DNA of 47,234 bases from a virus. This document shows, piece by piece, positions 17,791 through 25,124 of this stretch. The position numbers were made by a program, and so were the translations under genes. Location of the stretch: the IMG/VR virus record IMGVR_UViG_3300028795_000002. One strand, 5' to 3'. The notes under the pieces were generated by a model that saw only the letters and a program-made list of their open reading frames with translations, searched no databases and had not been told where the DNA came from. The first letter of the stretch is position 1; each line of letters opens with the position of its first letter.

Positions 17791-18306
17791 GTGGGGCAAG
17801 GAAAAGCAGATTACTATTCCGACGGAAACTGGAATTACTATTGCGACCTATGCGGCGCGAAAGGTAAATCCAAGAACGCCATGTTCACGTGGAATGGGTT
17901 GTATGTCTGCAAGCATCACAAAGAGATTCGCAATCCCCAGGATTTCCTGCGTGGGGTGAAGGACAACCAATCCGTCCCATGGTCTCGCCCCTACCAGCCA
18001 CCCCTCTGTGACAACACGGAATTCCCGTATGTCGAATACTGCACCCTACAGGGAACCAACGCCATTCCCGGATTCGCCATTCCCGGATGTGCTACCCCTT
18101 CCTACGTGAACACTGCTTTCTACCCGTCCATCGTCCAGTATCGTGGTTGGGCTATCCAGGATACCTACGGTTGCCCAATTCTCGATACGAATGGCTATCC
18201 AATTTACCCACCCAACACGCCCTCTGCCGAATTCCCCCCTCCCCCGGGTGGCTACGGCGCGCGCCTCAACATTGATTTCTACCTAAACGAGAGCATCCTC
18301 CTATGA
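17791..18306 (+). CDS. Zinc-ribbon (Cys4) virion-module protein (171 aa, GTG start)
   Basis: YCDLCGAKG...LYVCKHHKEIRNPQDF. GGAG 7 nt upstream of the GTG. Coupled by ATGA overlap to the downstream fibre gene. Confidence 0.55.
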   Translation: MGQGKADYYSDGNWNYYCDLCGAKGKSKNAMFTWNGLYVCKHHKEIRNPQDFLRGVKDNQSVPWSRPYQPPLCDNTEFPYVEYCTLQGTNAIPGFAIPGCATPSYVNTAFYPSIVQYRGWAIQDTYGCPILDTNGYPIYPPNTPSAEFPPPPGGYGARLNIDFYLNESILL

Positions 18307-20618
18307 AAAGACTCCTTCTTGTGTGCGGATTGCTCTGGTCTGCTCTTGCCAGTGCACAATTCACTCCGGGGCAGCTGCTAACTGCACAGGAACTCAACTC
18401 GCAGTTCCTCCTGTACGCCCCTCTAACCGGAGCTACCTTCTCCGGTACGGTCGTTGGCAATTCGGTCACGCAGTCCACGAATGACAACTCCACGTTGTTT
18501 GCGACAGATGCCTTTGTCAATCAACAGATCATCCGTTCGACCACGACGGTTCCACTTACTATTGCCGGCGGTACGTACAACCAAGCCACCCTGGGCAGCG
18601 GGTTCCAACCTGTCGTATTCGCGTCTGGTGGGGTGATCGGGTCAATTCTAACTATTGCAGCTCCCGGGACTGGCTATGCCGTTGGGGATTTGATTACCCT
18701 CGCCGGAGGCAATGCCGATGCTACTATTAGAATTACTTCTATAGGGGCGGGGGGTTCCGTTACGGCAGCCCAAGTCCTCTATGGCGGTACGGGTTACTCC
18801 AACGGGGCTCAGATTATGGCTACCCCGATTCCGCCGGGGGACCGAAATGTCATTCTGACCGGCGTGCTGACCAGCAATGTCACGTTCATTATCGCGAACG
18901 GCACCTTCAACACAGCTTCCCGTCGTCCTTCCTTCGTCAACAATACGACTGGTGCTTTTACGGTCACGGTGTTTCTAAGCAACGGAGCGGATGGTACAAC
19001 CGGTAGCGGTTATGTGTTGCCACAAGGAATTACTAACTCCACCTCAGTCCTTCTTCAGACTGACGGCAAAACCGATGTGTGGCCTGTAGATACTTCAGCT
19101 GGTATTGGGGCAGCGCCGATAATCTCAGCAAACACGACGCTCAATGTTCCTTCCCAATTTTCAACCATTCAGGCCGCCTGCAATTACCTCGGTACGGTGG
19201 TAATTAATACAAATGCCAGCGTAACGATTCAGGTAGCTAATGGCACGTATTCCTGGTCGAATATCGAATGCGCAGTGCCCCAGGGGGATCAAGTTTCCAT
19301 CATTGGGAACACGACAACCCCGGCAAGTGTCGTCATTAACGTAAACAATGCCAACAATGGGATGGGATTTCAGTTTTACCGTGGGCAACGTATCCATCTG
19401 ATCGACGGTTTTACAATCAATGGGACTGCCGGTTGGGTTTCCCACTGTAGTTGGAACACTAATGTGTACGGGGCAGCTTTCGATGCTTACGGCACAGGTT
19501 CCGGGACTCAGATTGGGGCACACGTCGTTATCAATAAAATGTACTATGGGGTATTGTCGGATCAGGGGGCAAGTATCAGCTCTCCTACGGGTTTGACAAT
19601 AACAGAAGCTGGAGATGCTGGGGTGCTGGCCCGCTGGTCGGGTAGTGTAGACATTGAAAATGCCACATCCACTAATACGTGTGATACGACTGCGGGAAAT
19701 AATTTAGGCTTTGGATTTCTCGCCGAAGTCGGGGGAAGTGGTCATTTTGATGGGGGGACGGCAACAGGAAATAACGTGGCGGGAGCCGCAGCGCAAAATG
19801 GCGGTGCGGCTTGGGCGCACAACATGACCCTGAACAGCAATACCTACGGACTCTATGCAAACGAGGGCGGCAATATTGAAGGTAATAGCTCGACCATCAC
19901 TGGCGGAACAAATGGAGTTCAATCGAACGATGGCGGCTATGTCAATGTCGTTGGAGTAACTGCATCTGGGGCTAGCGGTTCGGGTATGAACGCGGCCAAC
20001 AGTGGCATAATTGATGCCGGTGCAGGGGCAACTGCAAATACAAATCCGAACGGTTTTACGCAATTTACGGGCGGTGTTATTTATGGAACGTTGAATGGTA
20101 CGGGCAATACTTTTAATTTGTTCGTAAACGGGAATGCAATAGCCGGTACTACAATAACCGCCAGCAGTACTATTACCCCCTCCCAAACCGCAGGTATCGT
20201 CGGCACCACTACCAACAACAACGCCAATGCGGGGAGTGTGGGGGAGTACATATCCAGCACTGTGGCCTCCGGCTCCGCTGTTAGTCTAACCTCTGGAACG
20301 CCTGCTAATGTGACTTCAATTTCCCTGACGGCGGGAGATTGGGATGTCTTTGGAGCTGTCGATTTCAATGTCGGGGCAACTACAGTTGTACAGCTCTTTG
20401 GAGGCTCTGCGAGCACTACTTCCGCAACCAACACTTCCGGTTCTGTGTTCTTCTCCCCGGGCTTTGCCGCAGGAGTTACAACCACAGCCGGCGGAGCCAT
20501 CCCGACTATCCGATTGAGTCTTGCCTCTACCACTACTGTATACTTAGTGGCACAGTCTAATTTCACTGTCAGCACTATGAGCGCCTATGGGTTTATTGGT
20601 GCCCGTCGTCGTCGTTAA
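18303..20618 (+). CDS. Tail fibre/tailspike protein with a beta-helix-like Gly/Asn/Thr-rich body (771 aa) and a Sec-signal-like N-terminus
   Basis: N-terminus MKRLLLVCGLLWSALASAQ. A fibre-collar-like motif follows: PLTGATFSG...STLFATDAFV. Long G/N/T/A-rich repeats. Confidence 0.65.
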   Translation: MKRLLLVCGLLWSALASAQFTPGQLLTAQELNSQFLLYAPLTGATFSGTVVGNSVTQSTNDNSTLFATDAFVNQQIIRSTTTVPLTIAGGTYNQATLGSGFQPVVFASGGVIGSILTIAAPGTGYAVGDLITLAGGNADATIRITSIGAGGSVTAAQVLYGGTGYSNGAQIMATPIPPGDRNVILTGVLTSNVTFIIANGTFNTASRRPSFVNNTTGAFTVTVFLSNGADGTTGSGYVLPQGITNSTSVLLQTDGKTDVWPVDTSAGIGAAPIISANTTLNVPSQFSTIQAACNYLGTVVINTNASVTIQVANGTYSWSNIECAVPQGDQVSIIGNTTTPASVVINVNNANNGMGFQFYRGQRIHLIDGFTINGTAGWVSHCSWNTNVYGAAFDAYGTGSGTQIGAHVVINKMYYGVLSDQGASISSPTGLTITEAGDAGVLARWSGSVDIENATSTNTCDTTAGNNLGFGFLAEVGGSGHFDGGTATGNNVAGAAAQNGGAAWAHNMTLNSNTYGLYANEGGNIEGNSSTITGGTNGVQSNDGGYVNVVGVTASGASGSGMNAANSGIIDAGAGATANTNPNGFTQFTGGVIYGTLNGTGNTFNLFVNGNAIAGTTITASSTITPSQTAGIVGTTTNNNANAGSVGEYISSTVASGSAVSLTSGTPANVTSISLTAGDWDVFGAVDFNVGATTVVQLFGGSASTTSATNTSGSVFFSPGFAAGVTTTAGGAIPTIRLSLASTTTVYLVAQSNFTVSTMSAYGFIGARRRR

Positions 20619-20630
20619 CAGGAGTCTGCC

Positions 20631-20903
20631 ATGGCAGAGCAAGGATCATATCCATTAAACGGCCGAACACTTCAGCCGACGGATACAGTAACGGGGGTGG
20701 TTACAGGCCAGACAGCAGATATTCCACTGTCGGTGTTGGCTTCTTTTTTAGCGATTGGGGGAACTCCCTCGGGGCCGACCACCTCCCGGCCCACTCCTAC
20801 ATTTGTAGGGCAGCCTTATTTCGACACTACCCTGGGATTTATGGTCTGGGCTAGCCAACTTTCACCCTCTGTCTGGGTAGATGCTGCTGGAGTTTCGGTA
20901 TGA
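20631..20903 (+). CDS. Small fibre-associated protein (90 aa), paralog of 17500..17739
   Basis: Shares the C-terminal FDTT.G...W....P.VWV..AG motif. RBS AGGAG. Confidence 0.55.
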   Translation: MAEQGSYPLNGRTLQPTDTVTGVVTGQTADIPLSVLASFLAIGGTPSGPTTSRPTPTFVGQPYFDTTLGFMVWASQLSPSVWVDAAGVSV

Positions 20904-22357
20904 AAAAACTAATTGCAGGTCTGTTGCTGGGAGTTTGTGTCTCAGCGGCTTTTGGGCAAACCTTCCCGGTTAACAATTTGACCGTGGCAGGGACCTCGAA
21001 TTTCGCGGGGCAGTCTACTTTTACATTGTCTCCGACCGGTCCCACCCCTGGGATCGGGGACAGCACTACCAAGTTAGCTACAACTGCTTTTGTAACGGGG
21101 AATTTCGTTCCCCTGTCAGGGTTGGCCGGATTAGCGCCAATCAATTCCCCGACTTTCACGGGAATCCCTGCAGCCCCTACAGCTAGCTTCGGCACCAACA
21201 CGACCCAACTAGTTACAACGGCCTTTGTTGCACAAAGCAAAGATTGCCCCTCGATTATGGATTACGCGGGGATTAATACAGGTATGGGGGATAATTCTAC
21301 TGCGTTTAATGCAGTGGTAGCGGCACAGACCTCAGGAAAGGTTTGTGTGTACTTTCCTCCAGGAAATTATGCTTTTACGAATTCGATTTCTTATACATTT
21401 CCGAGTTCTACTGGGGGGTCGATCACTATTAAAGGGGCAGGAGCTGACCTTACAAACCTGACTTTTAATAAACCCTCCGCAAGTTTGCTGACGATTATCT
21501 TTCAGGGGCCCTATAACTCAGCCCATGTTAGGGATATGACAATTGCTTCGGCAATTGCCGCTTCGTCAAACACAGGATTGTTTTTTAGTCAGGGTGTGTC
21601 AACGGTTTCAAATCCCGCAAATAGCGCTTTGTCCGATGTCACTGGGGTGACCTTCCGAGGAGCTGATGGGTATGTAGTCACAGATGGATGGTCAACGGGA
21701 GTGTTGGTTTCTTCAGTCTCTAATGTTAATTTCACTAATGATGTTTGGGTAGGGCCATCTGCTGGAACTGTAGGGGTTTTGCTGCAAGGAACATCTACTG
21801 CGTTGGGGGTGGTTTATCAATTTCAGGGATGTACTTTCAATTACATCAATATCGGAATTGAGTACGCGCAGTGGGTTCAAGGAGTGACGGTCGCACAGAG
21901 CAATTTCACCGGGGGTGTGGACGGGATTTTAACACCAGCCTCGCAAGCGGGATTAGATGAATTGCTGGTGTATGGAAATCAGTTTAATGTCTCTGGAAAT
22001 GGGATTTTCCTTTCCACTGGCGTTGAAAGTGCTCAGATATTTGGAAATATTTTCCTGGTTCCAAATAGTGCAAATGGTATTTTCATGTCTTTTGCGGGGA
22101 ACAATGTCATCGCAAACAACACTTTCGAGCCCGCTAATGGATCCCCAGCCGGAAACAATGGGCTAGTGATTTCAGGGACTATAAATAACTGGCCAAATGT
22201 TATTACAGGGAATTCCTTTAATCAGATGAAAAGCGACGGGATTCAATTGGGATCTGGATCTACAGGGAATAACGTGCAGTCTAATGCATACTTCGGTAAT
22301 GGGACAAATATAGTTAACGCCGGATCTGGAAATACAATAGGTGGAGGGTCTCCGTAA
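20900..22357 (+). CDS. Tail fibre/tailspike with right-handed beta-helix repeats (485 aa) and a Sec-signal-like N-terminus
   Basis: N-terminus MKKLIAGLLLGVCVSAAFGQ. Repeated TKLATTAFV / TQLVTTAFV collar motifs. Beta-helix-type repeats: GNQFN, GNIF, NNVIANNTF, ITGNSFN, NNVQSNAYFGNG. Confidence 0.7.
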   Translation: MKKLIAGLLLGVCVSAAFGQTFPVNNLTVAGTSNFAGQSTFTLSPTGPTPGIGDSTTKLATTAFVTGNFVPLSGLAGLAPINSPTFTGIPAAPTASFGTNTTQLVTTAFVAQSKDCPSIMDYAGINTGMGDNSTAFNAVVAAQTSGKVCVYFPPGNYAFTNSISYTFPSSTGGSITIKGAGADLTNLTFNKPSASLLTIIFQGPYNSAHVRDMTIASAIAASSNTGLFFSQGVSTVSNPANSALSDVTGVTFRGADGYVVTDGWSTGVLVSSVSNVNFTNDVWVGPSAGTVGVLLQGTSTALGVVYQFQGCTFNYINIGIEYAQWVQGVTVAQSNFTGGVDGILTPASQAGLDELLVYGNQFNVSGNGIFLSTGVESAQIFGNIFLVPNSANGIFMSFAGNNVIANNTFEPANGSPAGNNGLVISGTINNWPNVITGNSFNQMKSDGIQLGSGSTGNNVQSNAYFGNGTNIVNAGSGNTIGGGSP

Positions 22358-22758
22358 TGGCTTCAACACAATTTCAAGACTACAATCAGAACAATCCGAT
22401 TGTTAGTAGTTGGCTTAATGACGTGAACGCGGCCACTTACACGGCAAAAGGAACTGCGAAGACCTCGCTACAGTCAGCCGCTGCTTGGGTGAGGTTTGCC
22501 GTGGTGGCGGGAGTGGTCACGATCCAGCAATCGAGTAATATCTCCACGGTAGTACGTACCGGGGTTGGGGTGTATGTGGTTACGTATGCAATCCCAATGG
22601 TCAATGCCACAAATTGCTATGGGGTGACTACGAATACAGCTGGATTTAGTGAAGCGTCAGCCGAAGCAACAAACAGTGTTACGATTACTTGCACGAATAC
22701 TGCGAATGCTGCAGTTGATCCCGGGTCAGTGAGTATGTTGATTTTTGGGGCAGATTGA
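22357..22758 (+). CDS. Hypothetical protein downstream of the fibre gene (133 aa)
   Basis: TAATG overlap with the fibre stop. No motif. Confidence 0.5.
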   Translation: MASTQFQDYNQNNPIVSSWLNDVNAATYTAKGTAKTSLQSAAAWVRFAVVAGVVTIQQSSNISTVVRTGVGVYVVTYAIPMVNATNCYGVTTNTAGFSEASAEATNSVTITCTNTANAAVDPGSVSMLIFGAD

Positions 22759-22764
22759 ACTTGG

Positions 22765-22806
22765 GTTTTCGACAGACTTTAATAAAAAGTAATATGCATA
22801 AATAAC
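22765..22806. repeat. Palindromic intergenic element, copy 8 (degenerate)
   Basis: GTTTTCGACAGACTTTAATAAAAAGTAATATGCATAAATAAC. It lies upstream of the holin. Confidence 0.55.
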
Positions 22807-22821
22807 CCATCGGGGCACTGG

Positions 22822-23040
22822 ATGCTAAACGTGAATGAACTCAAAAAACATCTGATGGTGGCCACGGCCCAAGTATCCCCCCCGGCGGGTGTGACGGTTT
22901 GGCTGACTTTGGGGAATCATTTGGATACATGGATTAAGTTGGCCACACTGATTTACATCGTGGGGCAGATATGGTTTCTGGGGGTGAAGGCCTGGCTGCT
23001 ACTGAAAAAGAAAATGGAGATTGATGATGGACCCGACTAA
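22822..23040 (+). CDS. Putative holin (72 aa)
   Basis: Hydrophobic segments VTVWLTLGNHL and LATLIYIVGQIWFLGVKAWLLL, then a charged tail KKKMEIDDGPD. Lies immediately upstream of the endolysin. Confidence 0.5.
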   Translation: MLNVNELKKHLMVATAQVSPPAGVTVWLTLGNHLDTWIKLATLIYIVGQIWFLGVKAWLLLKKKMEIDDGPD

Positions 23041-23497
23041 TTTGGCGCTGTTGATTTCAGAGTTGCGAATTGATGAGGGGGTCAGATATGAGCCATATAA
23101 TGACAGTCTCGGGATTCCTACTGTTGGAGTTGGTCACAATTTGCAGGCTGCTCCATTGCCAGATGTTTGGGCCTACCCACTGAATGATGATGAAGTAAAT
23201 CAACTGCTGACTGAAGATCTGCAGACTGTTTTCACTTCCCTCGACAATAACCTGCAATGGTGGACTGATCTCAACAACGTTCGACAGAGGGTACTTGCTA
23301 ATATGTGCTTTCAGATGGGGATCGGGGGGTTGTTGGGATTTAGGAATACTTTAATTTTTATTCGACAGGGGCAGTATTCGGCAGCTGCTTCTGGCATGCT
23401 CAATTCTAAATGGGCCGATCAAACACCCGCACGTGCGCAACGATTGGCTACTATGATGTCCACAGGAGTTTCACAATATTCACAGGAGCAAGTATGA
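23024..23497 (+). CDS. Endolysin, T4-lysozyme-like (GH24) muramidase
   Basis: LISELRIDEGVRYEPYNDSLGIPTVGVGHN matches the GH24 catalytic signature E-x8-(D/Y)-x5-T-(I/V)-G-x-G. Confidence 0.8.
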   Translation: MMDPTNLALLISELRIDEGVRYEPYNDSLGIPTVGVGHNLQAAPLPDVWAYPLNDDEVNQLLTEDLQTVFTSLDNNLQWWTDLNNVRQRVLANMCFQMGIGGLLGFRNTLIFIRQGQYSAAASGMLNSKWADQTPARAQRLATMMSTGVSQYSQEQV

Positions 23498-23787
23498 ATA
23501 CTCTGCAATTCGGTATGGCAGTTCTGGACTGGCTGCAATCGGACCCGAGTCATGTAGTAGTTGCCGCTTCGGCTGTTGCTGCTATAACTCCCACGCCGGT
23601 CCCGGGAACGATGTATGCGAAGCTCTACAAGATCGTGGATCTGTTCGCAGTGAATGTTTTTCGAGCGAAAGATACTGGGGTCACGCCGGCAGCAGTTGCT
23701 GAACAATTGGCAGAGTTGCTTGCAAAGAAATCAGCTCCAGTGGCTGCCGCAGCGCCTGTCTCGACCGTTGTTACCACCACTCCCTAG
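23494..23787 (+). CDS. Lysis-cassette protein, possibly an i-spanin or second holin-like protein (97 aa)
   Basis: ATGA overlap with the endolysin stop; AGGAG RBS. Hydrophobic VVVAASAVAAITPTPV segment and an Ala-rich C-terminus. Confidence 0.4.
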   Translation: MNTLQFGMAVLDWLQSDPSHVVVAASAVAAITPTPVPGTMYAKLYKIVDLFAVNVFRAKDTGVTPAAVAEQLAELLAKKSAPVAAAAPVSTVVTTTP

Positions 23788-23795
23788 GAGGAAAT

Positions 23796-24149
23796 ATGAA
23801 GAAGCTTCTAGTAGGTATGTTGTTTGTTGTATTGGCAGGCTGTTCGTCGTTGGGATTGACTCCGGCAACGAGCCCCTCGCAAGGACTTGCTTACTCTTAC
23901 GGCACTGTGGCTGCTATTCGTTCTTCGGCTGCTGCTGCATTGACTGCAGGGACCATTACGACTGCTCAAGGTCAGCAAGTGCTTGATCTGACGGATAAAG
24001 CTCGGGCAGCCTTGGATGCTGGTGAGTTGGTGGCAGTCTCCGCACCGACAAACACGACCGGAATTGTGGGGTATTTGACCACCGCAACTGAGTTGTTGAC
24101 GCAGGCCCAAGCCCTTCTGCCGAAGTTGTCCGCCACCCCACTTAAGTAA
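23796..24149 (+). CDS. Lipoprotein, o-spanin candidate (117 aa)
   Basis: Lipobox in MKKLLVGMLFVVLAGC|SS. RBS AGGAGG. Lies in the lysis cassette, which implies a Gram-negative host. Confidence 0.55.
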   Translation: MKKLLVGMLFVVLAGCSSLGLTPATSPSQGLAYSYGTVAAIRSSAAAALTAGTITTAQGQQVLDLTDKARAALDAGELVAVSAPTNTTGIVGYLTTATELLTQAQALLPKLSATPLK

Positions 24150-24160
24150 GGAGTACTGTC

Positions 24161-24379
24161 ATGGGTTCAGTAGCTGAAGCTCTCTCGTTGTTGTTGGCTG
24201 CTACAAATGCGGCCGCAACAGCAATCGCCAATGCGCAGCAGATTTCCGCGATGATTCAAGCGGCGAATGCAGCAGGCACGACGACGTTTACCCCGGAGCA
24301 GTGGGCGGTGATTCAAAAGATCGATGACGATGCTCGCGCGTCGCTGGTTGCTTCCATCACGGCAGCACTCTCAAAATGA
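24161..24379 (+). CDS. Hypothetical Ala-rich protein (72 aa)
   Basis: RBS AAGGAG. No motif. Confidence 0.45.
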   Translation: MGSVAEALSLLLAATNAAATAIANAQQISAMIQAANAAGTTTFTPEQWAVIQKIDDDARASLVASITAALSK

Positions 24380-24744
24380 GGGCCGCTTTTCGGACTAAGC
24401 TGGAGGTGGAACCAGCTAGCGAGTTCGATGATGGCCGGTGGAGGCTGACTGCTCCACTGGTTTATTACACGGACGTGCTAGGGAAGGAAATCACGGTGCC
24501 GGTAGGGTTTGTTACAGACTTTGCCTCTGTGCCCCGCATCCCCGTGGTGTATGAGTTGTGTGGGGATACGAGTTCGGAGGCATCGGCGGTGCATGATTTT
24601 CTGTACACCACACACCCGTGTACACGTGTCCAAGCCGATGCGATTCTCTATGAGGCATCCGCGATTACGGGGGTTCCTCTATGGAGGCGGTTTATTGTGT
24701 GGCTAGGCGTGCGGGCGTTTGGTTGGTCGCATTGGGGAAAGTAG
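24376..24744 (+). CDS. DUF1353-like protein (122 aa)
   Basis: VPVGFVTDFASVPR...AVHDFLY...RVQADAIL matches the remembered DUF1353 pattern (F.TDG.S.P....HD.LY...R..AD). Confidence 0.55.
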   Translation: MRAAFRTKLEVEPASEFDDGRWRLTAPLVYYTDVLGKEITVPVGFVTDFASVPRIPVVYELCGDTSSEASAVHDFLYTTHPCTRVQADAILYEASAITGVPLWRRFIVWLGVRAFGWSHWGK

Positions 24745-24755
24745 CTGGAAGATGG

Positions 24756-24797
24756 GTTTTGTGCGTAGATTAATAAAAAGTAATCCCGGTAAGAAAT
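24756..24797. repeat. Palindromic intergenic element, copy 9
   Basis: GTTTTGTGCGTAGATTAATAAAAAGTAATCCCGGTAAGAAAT. It abuts the bidirectional terminator. Confidence 0.75.
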
Positions 24798-24829
24798 AAG
24801 CCACCTGAAACTGAGGTGGCTTTTTATTT
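24798..24829. terminator. Bidirectional intrinsic terminator at the convergence of the late and early arms
   Basis: aaGCCACCTgaaactgAGGTGGCttttt: a 7-bp GC-rich stem. It is T-rich downstream on the plus strand (TTTTTATTT) and on the minus strand (TTATTTCTT). Confidence 0.8.
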
Positions 24830-24905
24830 AGATAGGGGAGTTGTCACAGCGGCCCGGGAACTCACCTGATAATTTAAACCCTTCTAAGGGCTTACCCCGG
24901 CTTGG

Positions 24906-25124
24906 TCATATAACATCATCATTATGAGCTGGATCGAGTAGTATGCGAAATCTAAAGGCATCTTTGGTCCTTTCTGGTTTGTGTAAGGCTTTCAGCCGAG
25001 CGTCTACAGCTTTGAAGAATTCGGCAAGCCATACTGCGACTTGTTCTGGTTCGAGCCCGGAGCAGACATTTAGCTGGATGAAGGTGCCGTCATTCATTGA
25101 GAGGAAAACGAAATAGGAGTACAT
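24906..25124 (-). CDS. Hypothetical protein (72 aa from ATG 25124)
   Basis: TAATG overlap with the polymerase stop. It is the last gene of the minus arm. Confidence 0.45.
   Translation of the reverse strand: MYSYFVFLSMNDGTFIQLNVCSGLEPEQVAVWLAEFFKAVDARLKALHKPERTKDAFRFRILLDPAHNDDVI

Noticed and set aside
18303-22758. Diversity-generating retroelement acting on the fibre genes
   Set aside because: There is no reverse transcriptase gene anywhere in the window, and I noticed no template/variable repeat pair near the fibre 3' ends.
24745-24905. Possible attP or integrase-associated site at the convergence point
   Set aside because: No integrase, excisionase or repressor-type lysogeny genes were recognised. 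The region is explained by element copy 9 plus the bidirectional terminator.
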